Origin: Candidatus Sericytochromatia bacterium
GTDB taxonomy: Bacteria; Cyanobacteriota; Sericytochromatia; S15B-MN24; UBA4093
Direction of reading: 5' to 3'
Assembly (NCBI GenBank): GCA_036676985.1
Contig: JAKFBU010000067.1
Coordinates: forward strand, 1-64,000
Length of the DNA stretch: 64,000 nt
Shown here: one piece after another, positions 41,153 through 50,494 of the stretch
Layout of the letters: each line of letters opens with the position of its first letter
Numbering within the stretch: position 1 is the first letter of the stretch
Position numbers and translations under genes: made by a program
Notes under the pieces: model-generated
What the model saw: the letters and a program-made list of their open reading frames with translations, nothing else
Database searches by the model: none
What the model was told of the DNA's origin: nothing

Positions 41153-42034
41153 TTATAGGCTGGGCTTGGACTCCATGACCTTCTTGCCGGTCGGAGTGAT
41201 GGCCAGACCGCCGCAGGCCGTCTCCTTGTAGGCCGCGGGCATGGCCTCGCCGATCTCCTTCATGGCCGAGATCACCTCGTCGGGCGGGATGAAGCTCTCG
41301 ATGCCCGCGAGTGCCAGCTCGGCGGCGACCGTCGCCATGGCGCTGTACAGGGCGTTGCGCTTGACGCAGGGCACCTCGACGAGCCCGCCGACCGGGTCAC
41401 AGGCGAGGCCGAGCGTGTTCTTCACGCCGAGCGCCATGGCATGGACCACCTGGCGGGGCGTGCCGCCCGCCAGCTCGCAAGCTGCCCCTGCGGCCATGCC
41501 CGTGCTGACGCCGACCTCGGCCATGCAGCCGCCCTTGGCCCCGGAGATGGTCGAATTGTTGGCCATGACCATGCCGAGACCCGCCGACACGAAGAGCGCG
41601 TTGACGATCTCGTCGGGCGTGCTGCCGAGCCGCTGCGAGGCGCCCCACAGGACCGCGGGCACGATGCCCGACGAGCCCGCCGTGGGGGCCGCGACGATCC
41701 GCTCCATGCCGGCGCTGCACTCGTTGACGGCGAGCGCCCGCGCGGCCATCTGGGCGGCGATGGGGTCCATGAGCTTGGGCGTGTGATGCGCCATGCGGTA
41801 GCCCGTGCCGCTGACCAGGCCGCCGAGGCCCGTCTTGGCGGTCTCGGTGCCGCGCTGCATGGCCTCGCACATGATGCTCCAGCGCGCGAGCATGGCGTCG
41901 TGGATGAATTGCCGCGGGAAGCCCGAGGTCTGGATCTCGTAGCGGAGCGTGAGCTCGCCGATGCCGATCTCGAGCGTCTCGGCCAGCTGCAGCAAGTCCG
42001 CGATGGTGTCGAAGCGAAGTTCCAACTCGTCCAT
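41153..42034 (-). CDS. sdaAA: L-serine dehydratase alpha subunit
   Basis: VAAPTAGSSG, SGAKGGCMAEVG, GLACDPVGGLVEVPCVKRN, KETACGGLA. Confidence 0.93.
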   Translation of the reverse strand: MDELELRFDTIADLLQLAETLEIGIGELTLRYEIQTSGFPRQFIHDAMLARWSIMCEAMQRGTETAKTGLGGLVSGTGYRMAHHTPKLMDPIAAQMAARALAVNECSAGMERIVAAPTAGSSGIVPAVLWGASQRLGSTPDEIVNALFVSAGLGMVMANNSTISGAKGGCMAEVGVSTGMAAGAACELAGGTPRQVVHAMALGVKNTLGLACDPVGGLVEVPCVKRNALYSAMATVAAELALAGIESFIPPDEVISAMKEIGEAMPAAYKETACGGLAITPTGKKVMESKPSL

Positions 42035-42044
42035 GGGGGCCTCT

Positions 42045-42722
42045 CTAGCTCAGTTTGGGCAGGTAACGCACCATCTTCATCTCGGGCAGGGCCGCGATGA
42101 CGGAGAGGGCTTGGGCGGGAATCTCATGGTCGCCCTCGATGGTCATGAAGGCGTCCTTGCCCTTTTGCTGGCGCGCGACGTTCATGAAGGCGACGTTGAT
42201 GTGGTGCTCGGCGAGGATGTTGGTGACGCGCTGGATCACGCCCGGGGTGTCGGTGTGCACCGTGACCAGGGCCGGGAACTCGCCCGAGAGGCGGACCTGG
42301 TAGCCGTTCACCTCGGTGATGGCGACGTTGCCGCCGCCGATGGAGGTGCCGATCACCTGGATCTTGTCGCCGTTGGCGGCCTCCAGCGTGAGCCGGGCCG
42401 AGCAGGGGTGAATCTTGAGGCCCAGATCGACCTTGCCGATCGTCACGTCCATGCCGGCCTCGATGGCGCGCTCGTAGGCATGACGCACGTCCGGGTCGTC
42501 GGTGGCCATGCCGAGCAGGCCTCCCACCAGGCCCTTGTCGGTGCCGTGGCCGGGGCCCGTGTCGGCGAACGAGCCGTGCAGCTCGATCTTGGCGCGGCGC
42601 GGGGTGGCGCCCAGGATGGTGCGGGCGAAGGCGCCGATCCGGACCGCGCCCGCCGTGTGGGAGCTGGACGGTCCGACCATCACCGGCCCGATGATGTCGA
42701 AGACACTCTTGTACTTGCTCAT
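42045..42722 (-). CDS. sdaAB: L-serine dehydratase beta subunit with ACT domain
   Basis: SVFDIIGPVMVGPSSSHTAGA, GHGTD, SIGGG, DTPG. Confidence 0.93.
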   Translation of the reverse strand: MSKYKSVFDIIGPVMVGPSSSHTAGAVRIGAFARTILGATPRRAKIELHGSFADTGPGHGTDKGLVGGLLGMATDDPDVRHAYERAIEAGMDVTIGKVDLGLKIHPCSARLTLEAANGDKIQVIGTSIGGGNVAITEVNGYQVRLSGEFPALVTVHTDTPGVIQRVTNILAEHHINVAFMNVARQQKGKDAFMTIEGDHEIPAQALSVIAALPEMKMVRYLPKLS

Positions 42723-42823
42723 GGGTTCCTTCTGCAGCAGCGGCGCGCGTGTCGCGCGACCAGTGGGTCCATGCTACCACATGGTGCCGCCCTGGCAGCG
42801 CTGAACCGTTAATGAGCGCGGAC

Positions 42824-42835
42824 TGAGGTACCTCA
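42824..42835. promoter_or_regulatory. Palindrome TGAGGTACCTCA, candidate CRP/FNR-family site
   Basis: Perfect 12-bp palindrome with TGA-N6-TCA core between divergent sdaAB and nosB1. Confidence 0.45.
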
Positions 42836-42947
42836 TACCGCCACGCGGGGCCCGGTGATAGCCTGAAATCAAGGAACTGGCCCACCTAGGCGCCCCCAGA
42901 GGCGCATGGCGCAGGCCGGATCCGGAGAATATGGAAGGAAAAGCCCG

Positions 42948-43619
42948 ATGAAAACGATTGCCCTGCCCCTGCCCGCTCGCGCCCTGCACCGGACTCCCCC
43001 GGATCGGCCCGCGCTCGGCGCGCCGGCCCGCATCGCCACGGTGCTGGCCATCGTCCTCATCGCCGCGTCCTTCCTGTTTCCGCTCTGGACGCTCCACCTG
43101 AAGGCCCCGCAGTACCCCGAGACGCTCAACCTGCACGTCTATGCCTACAAGTTCGCGGGCAGCGGCAACCCCGCGATCGACGACCTCGCCGAGATCAACA
43201 CGCTCAACCACTACATCGGCATGGCGGAGCTGCACGAGCAGGACTTCCGGGAGCTGGATCTGCTGCCGCCGGCGATCGCCGTCTCGGGCCTGGCCCTCGC
43301 GGCGGGCCTGGCCCTCGCGGCCCCCTTGCTGCTCGCGACCGGGACGGGCCTGTTGGCCCTGACGGGCGGCCTCGGTCTCGGCTCGGCCTACTTGAAGCTC
43401 TATGCCTATGGACACAACCTGGATCCCGCGGCCCCTCTGAAGATCGACGGCTTCACCCCGCCCCTTTTGGGCAGCAATCGGCTGGTCAACTTCGAGACGA
43501 TCGGCATGTTCGGCCCCGGCGGCTTCATGCTCGTGGCGGCCGGCGGTCTCCTGCTCTTCGCTCTCTGGCATACCTGGCGCTCGGCGATCGGGCGGCGCGG
43601 GACGGTCGTCCGCGGGTGA
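42948..43619 (+). CDS. nosB: NosB-like membrane protein, copy 1
   Basis: PLW.L.L.APQYPE, INTLNHYIGM, YGHNLDP.AP, PPLLG; adjacent to nosZ. Confidence 0.85.
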   Translation: MKTIALPLPARALHRTPPDRPALGAPARIATVLAIVLIAASFLFPLWTLHLKAPQYPETLNLHVYAYKFAGSGNPAIDDLAEINTLNHYIGMAELHEQDFRELDLLPPAIAVSGLALAAGLALAAPLLLATGTGLLALTGGLGLGSAYLKLYAYGHNLDPAAPLKIDGFTPPLLGSNRLVNFETIGMFGPGGFMLVAAGGLLLFALWHTWRSAIGRRGTVVRG

Positions 43620-43853
43620 TGCAAAAACGAGCGGACGTTCATCGGGGCGGCCAAGTTCGTTTGGCCGCCCTGTCCGTGGTCACGGTGCCCCGCCATGTGG
43701 CACACACGGAAGGGGACCGCTGACAAAGACCACGAGGCATGCTAGCTTTGGTTCAATCCACGCGGCAACGATTCTCTACACATGAGGCCGCCTCCGGCCG
43801 GAGGCAGACATACTAATGACATGGCTCCCACGTCGATGGGGGAAAGGATGGTT

Positions 43854-45710
43854 ATGAGGAATCAAGCGAGGAGACTGACGGTCGCCTTGACGGCCGTGAG
43901 CTTGCTGGCGCTCGCCGGCTGCGCGCCGCAGGGCGAGAAGCCCGCCGGAAACGGAGGCGCCAAGGACGACCGGATCGCGCAGGATGCGGCGCAACGCACC
44001 TTCGTGCCCCCTGGGCAGCTCGACGAGTACTACCTGTTCTATTCGGGCGGCCATTCCGGCCAGGTCTACGTGGCGGGCCTTCCGTCCATGCGCCACATCG
44101 CAACCATCCCGGTCTTCGCTCCGTATTCGGCCACCGGCTACGGCTTCGACGAAGAGACCAAGGAGATGCTGGGGGGCTACACGTGGGGCGACCTGCACCA
44201 CCCCTCGCTCTCCAAGACCAACGGCGACTACGACGGCCGGTGGCTCTTTGTCAACGACAACGCCAACAACCGCGTGGGCCGCATCGACCTGCGGGACATG
44301 AAGACCCACCAGATCATCAAGATCCCCAACATCTCGGGCAACCACGGCTCGAGCTTCGTCACCAACAACTCCGAGTACGTCCTCTCGGCCTCTCGCTTCT
44401 CGGCCCCGCTCGCCGGCGGCTGGGCGCCCGTCAGCGAGTACAAGGCGAAGTACAAGGGCGTGGTCGCGGGCGTGAAGGTCGATCCGCAGACCGGCGCCAT
44501 GTCCAACGGCTGGCAGGTCATGATGCCGCCCTTCGACTTCGACCTGGGCAGCACGGGCAAGGGTCCCTCCGAGGGGTGGGCCTTCTGGACCTGCTACAAC
44601 TCGGAGCGCGCCACCGGCCGCCTGGAGGTCACGGCCTCCAAGAACCCCAAGGACTACGTGGTCGCGTGCAACTGGAAGGCCGCCGAGGCGGCCGTCAAGG
44701 CCGGCCAGGCGCAGATGGTCGGCGGCGTGCCCGTCATCGACCCCAAGAAGGTCCCGGGCGTGGTCTACCTGCTGCCCACGCCCTCGAGCCCGCATGGCGT
44801 GGACGTGACGCCCGACGGCAAGTACATGGCGGCCTCGGGCAAGCTCGCGCCGGTCGTTACCATCTTCGACTTCGAGAAGCTCCAGACGGCCATCCAGAAC
44901 AAGCAGTTCTCGGGTGACGAGGACGGCATCCCCGTCGTGAACTTCGAGGCCGTCAAGACCGCCGAGGTGCCCGTGGGCATGGGCCCCCTGCACACGGAGT
45001 ACGACGACCAGGGCAACGCTTACACCTCGCTCTTCCTGGAGAGCGCGGTGGCCAAGTGGAAGGTCGGCACCTGGGAGGTGCTCGACAAGATCCCCGTCGC
45101 CTACAACGTCGGTCACATGGTGGCCGCCGGCGGCAACGCGGCGCACCCGTACGGCAAGTACCTGGTGTCCATGAACAAGCTTTCGAAGGGCCGTCACATC
45201 ACGACGGGGCCGTCGCAACCCGAGAGCTCCCAGCTCATCGACATCTCGGGCAACAAGATGACCATGCTCTACGAGGCCTTCACGGAGCCCGAGCCCCACT
45301 ACGCCCAGATCATCAAGGTGGATGCCGTCAAGCCCATCGAGGTCTACCCCAAGGCCGAGAACAAGCATGCCAATGCCATCTGGAACCCCAACGACGCCAA
45401 GATCACGCGGAACGGCAACAACGTCGAGATCAAGATGTTCACCATCCGCACCTTCTTCGCGCCGACCGAGATCCCCGTCAACCAGGGCGACCGGGTGACG
45501 ATCCACGTGACCAACGCCGAGCAGACCCGCGACGAGATCCACGGCCTCGGCATCAACGAGTACAACCTGAACGTGGTCATCGACCCGGGCGAGACCAAGA
45601 CCGTCACGTTCGTGGCGGACAAGCCAGGTGTCTTCCCCTTCTACTGCACGAACTTCTGTTCGGCGATGCACCAGGAGATGCAGGGATACCTGACGGTCAA
45701 GCCCCGCTAG
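43854..45710 (+). CDS. nosZ: Clade II (Sec-dependent) nitrous-oxide reductase, lipoprotein
   Basis: SGGHSG; CuZ His motifs DLHHP, GNHG, SPHG, GPLHT, NVGH, EPHY; CuA IHG...CTNFCSAMHQEM; lipobox LAGC. Confidence 0.97.
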   Translation: MRNQARRLTVALTAVSLLALAGCAPQGEKPAGNGGAKDDRIAQDAAQRTFVPPGQLDEYYLFYSGGHSGQVYVAGLPSMRHIATIPVFAPYSATGYGFDEETKEMLGGYTWGDLHHPSLSKTNGDYDGRWLFVNDNANNRVGRIDLRDMKTHQIIKIPNISGNHGSSFVTNNSEYVLSASRFSAPLAGGWAPVSEYKAKYKGVVAGVKVDPQTGAMSNGWQVMMPPFDFDLGSTGKGPSEGWAFWTCYNSERATGRLEVTASKNPKDYVVACNWKAAEAAVKAGQAQMVGGVPVIDPKKVPGVVYLLPTPSSPHGVDVTPDGKYMAASGKLAPVVTIFDFEKLQTAIQNKQFSGDEDGIPVVNFEAVKTAEVPVGMGPLHTEYDDQGNAYTSLFLESAVAKWKVGTWEVLDKIPVAYNVGHMVAAGGNAAHPYGKYLVSMNKLSKGRHITTGPSQPESSQLIDISGNKMTMLYEAFTEPEPHYAQIIKVDAVKPIEVYPKAENKHANAIWNPNDAKITRNGNNVEIKMFTIRTFFAPTEIPVNQGDRVTIHVTNAEQTRDEIHGLGINEYNLNVVIDPGETKTVTFVADKPGVFPFYCTNFCSAMHQEMQGYLTVKPR

Positions 45711-45717
45711 CCACCGC

Positions 45718-45752
45718 GAGGGTCCCGGGGAGCCCCGGGACCCTCTTCTCTT
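45718..45752 (+). terminator. Hairpin after nosZ (terminator or mRNA stabiliser)
   Basis: GAGGGTCCCGGGG-AG-CCCCGGGACCCTC followed by TTCTCTT. Confidence 0.65.
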
Positions 45753-45773
45753 CGCGCCTGGGAGGTGCAAGTC

Positions 45774-46388
45774 ATGGCTGAGGCCACCGCCGCTTCGAGC
45801 GGCCGCTCGACGAATCGACTCCCCTGGATCCTGACGGCCGCGGCCGCGGCGTTGGTCTTGCTGTCCTTCTTGTTTCCGCTCTGGATCCTGCACCTGACCG
45901 CGCCGCAGTACCCCGAAACCCTCAACCTCAACGTCTACGCCTACAAGTTCGCGGGCAGCGACAATCCGGTCATCGACGACATCCAGGAGATCAACACGCT
46001 CAACCACTACATCGGGATGGCCGAGATCCACGAGCGCGACTTCCCCGAGCTGCGCATCCTGCCGGTGGCGCTGGTGGCTTGCGCGGCACTCCTGGGCCTC
46101 GCTGCCGCCCTCCGGACGGGTTGGCTCCTGGTGCTCGGCACGGCGTTGCTCGCCGTCACGGGCGTGGGCGGGCTCGGCTCGGCCTACTTCAAGCTCTATA
46201 CCTACGGACACAACCTGGATCCCTCGGCGCCCCTGAAGGTCCCGGGTTTCACCCCGCCCCTGCTCGGCACCAACAAGCTCGTGAACTTCATGACCACGGG
46301 CATGTTCGGGCTGGGGGGCTACATGCTGATCCTGTCGGGCGTCCTCCTCTTGACGGCCATCTACCTCTGGCGGCGTCAGGAGGCCTGA
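45774..46388 (+). CDS. nosB: NosB-like membrane protein, copy 2
   Basis: Same motifs as copy 1; SD GGAGGT; canonical position between nosZ and nosD. Confidence 0.88.
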   Translation: MAEATAASSGRSTNRLPWILTAAAAALVLLSFLFPLWILHLTAPQYPETLNLNVYAYKFAGSDNPVIDDIQEINTLNHYIGMAEIHERDFPELRILPVALVACAALLGLAAALRTGWLLVLGTALLAVTGVGGLGSAYFKLYTYGHNLDPSAPLKVPGFTPPLLGTNKLVNFMTTGMFGLGGYMLILSGVLLLTAIYLWRRQEA

Positions 46389-47722
46389 TGCGACACGTGA
46401 TCTGGCCGGCGATCGCCCTCATCCTCTGCGCAGCCCCGGCCTCTGGAGCCGAGCTCACGGCCTCGGGCTCCATCCAGGCGGCCATCCGCTCGGCCCGTTC
46501 CGGGGACGTCATCCGCATCCCCGCCGGCCACTATCGCGAGCACCTGGTGCTCGACAAGCCCGTGACGCTGCTAGGATCGGACATGCCCGTCATCGACGGG
46601 GGCGCGACCGGGGACGTGGTGACCATCCTGGCGCCGGACTGCCGGATCGTCGGCCTGCATGTCACGGGCAGCGGAATCGCGGCCCTCTCCGATACGGCGG
46701 CAGTCAAGATCGCCGCCAAGGGGGCGGTGGTCGAGGACTGCCGGATCGACCAGAGCCTCTACGGCATCTTCGTGGACAGCACGCAGGGCGCGCGCCTCTT
46801 GAACAACACCATCGAGGGCATGCCCGAGCTCGGGCTCACGGTCCGCGGGGACGGCATCCGGCTCCACGCGGCGTCCCACAACCAGGTGGTCGGCAACCGC
46901 ATCCGGAACACCCGCGACGGCATCTACATCAACGCCTCGCCCTTCAATTCCATCCGGGACAACGAGATCCGGCGGGTTCGCTACGGGCTGCACTACATGT
47001 ACTCGGATGACAACTCCTTTTCCGGCAACCGCTTCACCGAGACCGAGGCGGGCTCCGCCCTCATGTTCAGCCGCCGGATCACGCTGCGCGACAACACCTT
47101 TGCCGGCAACCGCGGTTATCGCGCCTACGGCCTGCTCGTCAAGGACTGCGAGGACAGTGTCGTCGAGGCCAACGCCCTGCTCGGCAACCGGGTGGGGTTG
47201 TTCATGGACGGCGCCTACGGCATCCGCGTCGCTCGCAACCGGGTGATCGGCAACGACCTGGGCTTCGAGATCCGCGGCAGCTCGGAGGGCAACACCTTCG
47301 ACGGCAACACCGTCGCGGGCAACACCGAGACCGTCGCCTCGCCGACGGGCATCGGGGAGAATACCTGGCAGGGCAACTACTGGAGCGACTACCGCGGCTA
47401 CGACCTCGACGGGGACGGCACGGGGGACGTCGCACACGAGGCGGGCAGCGTCTTCTCCTACCTGATCGAGAACTTTCCGCCCGCCCGCCTGTTTCTCCTG
47501 AGCCCGGCCATCCAGGCCCTGGAGTTCGCCGAGCGGAACTTCCCCCTGGTCGATGCCCCGGGTATCCGGGACGCGTCGCCCTCCATGCACCCCGCAACGG
47601 CCTCCGAGCCCTCGCGGCCCAGCGATCGGGGCACGAGCCCCCTGCTCCTCGCCGTCGCGACGGCCGTCCTCCTGGCCGGCCTCGTGCCCCTCCTCTTGTC
47701 CCGGAGAGCCTTCCACGCATGA
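46388..47722 (+). CDS. nosD: Nitrous oxide reductase maturation protein NosD
   Basis: Beta-helix repeats, RGDGI, RDGIY, RYGLHYMYS, GNYWSDY.GYDLDGDG.GD. Confidence 0.95.
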   Translation: MRHVIWPAIALILCAAPASGAELTASGSIQAAIRSARSGDVIRIPAGHYREHLVLDKPVTLLGSDMPVIDGGATGDVVTILAPDCRIVGLHVTGSGIAALSDTAAVKIAAKGAVVEDCRIDQSLYGIFVDSTQGARLLNNTIEGMPELGLTVRGDGIRLHAASHNQVVGNRIRNTRDGIYINASPFNSIRDNEIRRVRYGLHYMYSDDNSFSGNRFTETEAGSALMFSRRITLRDNTFAGNRGYRAYGLLVKDCEDSVVEANALLGNRVGLFMDGAYGIRVARNRVIGNDLGFEIRGSSEGNTFDGNTVAGNTETVASPTGIGENTWQGNYWSDYRGYDLDGDGTGDVAHEAGSVFSYLIENFPPARLFLLSPAIQALEFAERNFPLVDAPGIRDASPSMHPATASEPSRPSDRGTSPLLLAVATAVLLAGLVPLLLSRRAFHA

Positions 47723-48645
47723 TCCGCCTCGAGCATCTTTCCAAAGCATACGGTTCAGTCAAAGCCCTGGACGACCTCAGCCTCGAGTCCCGTCCAGGTG
47801 AGGTCCTGGCCCTTCTGGGCCCGAACGGTGCAGGCAAGAGCACCACGATCAAGAGCATCGTGGGCCTGGTCCGGCCCACCTCGGGGCGGGTGCTCATCGA
47901 CGGGATCGACGTGGCAAAGGAGCCGCGGCGGGCCCGCTCGCTGATCGGCTATCTGCCACAGCGGGTCCACTTCTACGACAACCTGTCGCCCCGCGAGGTG
48001 CTCGCCTTCTACGCGCAGCTCCGCCGCGCCCCGACGACCCAGATCGACGCCTTGATCGAACGCGTGGGGCTTTCGGCCGCGGCCGATCGCCGGACGGCGG
48101 GCTTCTCGGGTGGCATGCTCCAGCGCCTCGGGCTCGCGGTCGCGCTGTTGGGCGAGCCGCGCCTGATGATCCTGGACGAGCCGACGGCCGGGCTCGATCC
48201 CGCCGGCACCATGCTCTTCAAGGACATCATCCAGGAGCGCCAGCAGGCCGGCACCACGGTGCTCCTCAGCTCGCACTTCCTCGCAGAGGTCGAGAGCATC
48301 GCCGATCGCATGGCCATCTGCGACCGGGGGCGCATCGTGGCCCTCGACAGCCTGGAGGCCCTGCGCCGCGACCTCGCCCTGCCCACCCGCATGATCCTGG
48401 CCCTGTCGGGCGGTCCTGCGGACCCAGTCGCCCTGGCGCGCTCGGTGGGGGCCGAGGACGCGGCCTACCGGGACGGGGCGCTGCGCGTCACGCTCCGCCC
48501 CCCTCAGAAGGCGGCCATGATCCGGGCCTTCGAGGACCAGGGCGCGGCCATCCAGGACCTGCGCATCCTCGAGCCGAGCCTGGAGGACATCTTCATGGCC
48601 ATCGTTCAGCAGCCCACGCCGTCCGGAAAGGAGCTCCGCCCATGA
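47719..48645 (+). CDS. nosF: ABC ATPase NosF
   Basis: GPNGAGKST, FSGGM, LDEPTAGLD; between nosD and nosY. Confidence 0.9.
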   Translation: MIRLEHLSKAYGSVKALDDLSLESRPGEVLALLGPNGAGKSTTIKSIVGLVRPTSGRVLIDGIDVAKEPRRARSLIGYLPQRVHFYDNLSPREVLAFYAQLRRAPTTQIDALIERVGLSAAADRRTAGFSGGMLQRLGLAVALLGEPRLMILDEPTAGLDPAGTMLFKDIIQERQQAGTTVLLSSHFLAEVESIADRMAICDRGRIVALDSLEALRRDLALPTRMILALSGGPADPVALARSVGAEDAAYRDGALRVTLRPPQKAAMIRAFEDQGAAIQDLRILEPSLEDIFMAIVQQPTPSGKELRP

Positions 48646-49079
48646 GGCCCTCGCCTCTCATCGCCCTCGCCCTCTTGAGCCTCTCGCTCGTCGGCTTCAC
48701 GAGCCAGGGCCAGCCCGTCGACATCCTGCCCGAGGCCGACGAATGCGCCACCTGCGTGATGGCCATCGAGAACCTTCCGGTGGCCTCGGAGCTGACGCTC
48801 CGGGACGGAGACGTCAAGAAGTTCGACGACATCGGCTGCATGGCCCAGTACGTCAAGCGCAAGCGCCTGAAGGAGTCGGCCATCAAGGGCATGTTCGTCC
48901 ACGATTTGCCGAGCGGGCGCTGGGTGCCGCTCGAGCGCGCCACCCTCGTCAAGAGCTCGTACCCGACCCCCATGCGCTACGGCATCGTGGCCTTCGCGAC
49001 GCCCGCAGGCGCCAAGAAGATGGCTGCCAAGTACAAGCCCAAGCTCGTGAGCTGGGCTGACGTGCTGAAGGGGATCTAG
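48642..49079 (+). CDS. nosL: Copper chaperone NosL
   Basis: CATCVMAI, KFDDIGCM, TPMRYGIVAF. Confidence 0.88.
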   Translation: MRPSPLIALALLSLSLVGFTSQGQPVDILPEADECATCVMAIENLPVASELTLRDGDVKKFDDIGCMAQYVKRKRLKESAIKGMFVHDLPSGRWVPLERATLVKSSYPTPMRYGIVAFATPAGAKKMAAKYKPKLVSWADVLKGI

Positions 49080-49907
49080 ATGGACGCGTCGCTCATCTGG
49101 GTGATCGCCCAGCGGGAATTGGTGGATGCCCTGCGCAGCCGCCTCATCTGGGTGTTCGCGGGCGTGTTCGCCGTGCTCGCCCTCGGGCTCTCCTATTTCG
49201 GGCTCGTGGGGGCGGGCTACGCGCAGGTGACGGGGTTCGCCAAGACCTCGGCGAGCCTCTTGAACCTCGTCTTGATCCTGTTCCCCTTGGTGGCCCTGTT
49301 TCTCGGGACCTCCAGCCTGACGAGCGAGCGTGGCGCCCTGGAGCTCTTGCTCTCGCAGCCCGTGACCCGCTCGGAAGTCATGGTGGGCAAGTTCGTGGGG
49401 CTGGCCTTGACGCTCGTCTCGTCGACCCTGGTGGGCTTCGGCGTGGCGGGCGTGGTCATCGGCCTCCTGGCAGGCGGAGCGGACGTGGGGCGTTTCCTGG
49501 CCCTGACGGGCCTCGCGTGCGCCCTGGAGGTGGCCTTTTTGAGCATCTCCATGCTCATCGCGTCTCTCTTGCCCGACCGGGTGCGGGCGCTCGGCGCGGC
49601 AGTGGCCGTTTGGTTCACGACCGTCATCCTCTACGACCTGCTGGTGGTCGGAGGCGCGGTCCTGATTGGCGCCAAGCAACTCTCGGGAGCGCTGGTGCTG
49701 CTCTTGCTCTTCAACCCGGTCGATCTGGTCCGGGTGCTCGGCATCCTGAGCCTGGACTCCGTGACGGCCTTCGGAGCCACCGGCGCGAGCCTCATGCGGA
49801 TGTTCGGGCTGGCCGGGGCCGTCGTCGCCCTGGTCGTGGCGCTCCTCGGCTGGATGGTCGGGCCGCTGGCCGTCGCGCTCAGACGCTTCGAGCGCTCGGA
49901 CCTTTAG
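49080..49907 (+). CDS. nosY: ABC permease NosY
   Basis: ERGALELLLSQPVTR..V..GKF.G, LYDLL, NPVDLVR. Confidence 0.9.
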   Translation: MDASLIWVIAQRELVDALRSRLIWVFAGVFAVLALGLSYFGLVGAGYAQVTGFAKTSASLLNLVLILFPLVALFLGTSSLTSERGALELLLSQPVTRSEVMVGKFVGLALTLVSSTLVGFGVAGVVIGLLAGGADVGRFLALTGLACALEVAFLSISMLIASLLPDRVRALGAAVAVWFTTVILYDLLVVGGAVLIGAKQLSGALVLLLLFNPVDLVRVLGILSLDSVTAFGATGASLMRMFGLAGAVVALVVALLGWMVGPLAVALRRFERSDL

Positions 49908-49919
49908 CCCGCCAGGGCG

Positions 49920-50330
49920 TCAGTCGGACTTCATGGGCGCGCCGTTGATGGGCGCGGCGTTGGGATCCTCCTGCTGCAGGGTTTGCGGCGGCGGATACCG
50001 GTCGGGGCTGCCGAGCGGCGGTTCGCCGGCCCCGCCGCCCCCGCCGCCGCCCTGAGCGCTCGGGTCGACGTTGCCCGGACCGATGCCGCTCGGGTCCATG
50101 GCGCCCATGGGCGGGCCGCCGTAGCTCTTGACGCCGCCGGTCGGCCCGTGAACCAGCCGCGCGTTGGGAACGCCCTGCACGGGGCTCGGGTTGATCTGGG
50201 GCACCATGGTGCCGGTGCCGCCGCCGCCGCCTTCGGTTGGTTGTTCCGGCGGCTGCGCGGCCTGTTCGGTCCTCTGGCAGCCCGGTAGGATCAAGGCGAT
50301 CGCAAGCACCGCACCGGCCAATGCCTTCAT
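49920..50330 (-). CDS. Small Gly/Pro-rich lipoprotein
   Basis: SD GAGGAG, MKALAGAVLAIALILPGC; C-terminal part of ORF 49920..51200. Confidence 0.7.
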   Translation of the reverse strand: MKALAGAVLAIALILPGCQRTEQAAQPPEQPTEGGGGGTGTMVPQINPSPVQGVPNARLVHGPTGGVKSYGGPPMGAMDPSGIGPGNVDPSAQGGGGGGGAGEPPLGSPDRYPPPQTLQQEDPNAAPINGAPMKSD

Positions 50331-50494
50331 AGGGGGACTCCTCTCTCGATCGTCGGTTGCCTCCTGGCGGTCCGTCCAGGTCAGCGTAGTACGATCCAGG
50401 GGGAATTGAAAACGCTCCCTCGCATGCGCCGCATGTACCCCAATACGACTAGTCCCCGACCGATGGGCCGGGGACTGATCGAAGGGTGGGCGGG

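Noticed and set aside
43782-43920. Tat signal (clade I) for NosZ because of ARRLT
   Set aside because: No RRxFL consensus; lipobox, clade II motifs and nosB indicate Sec export.
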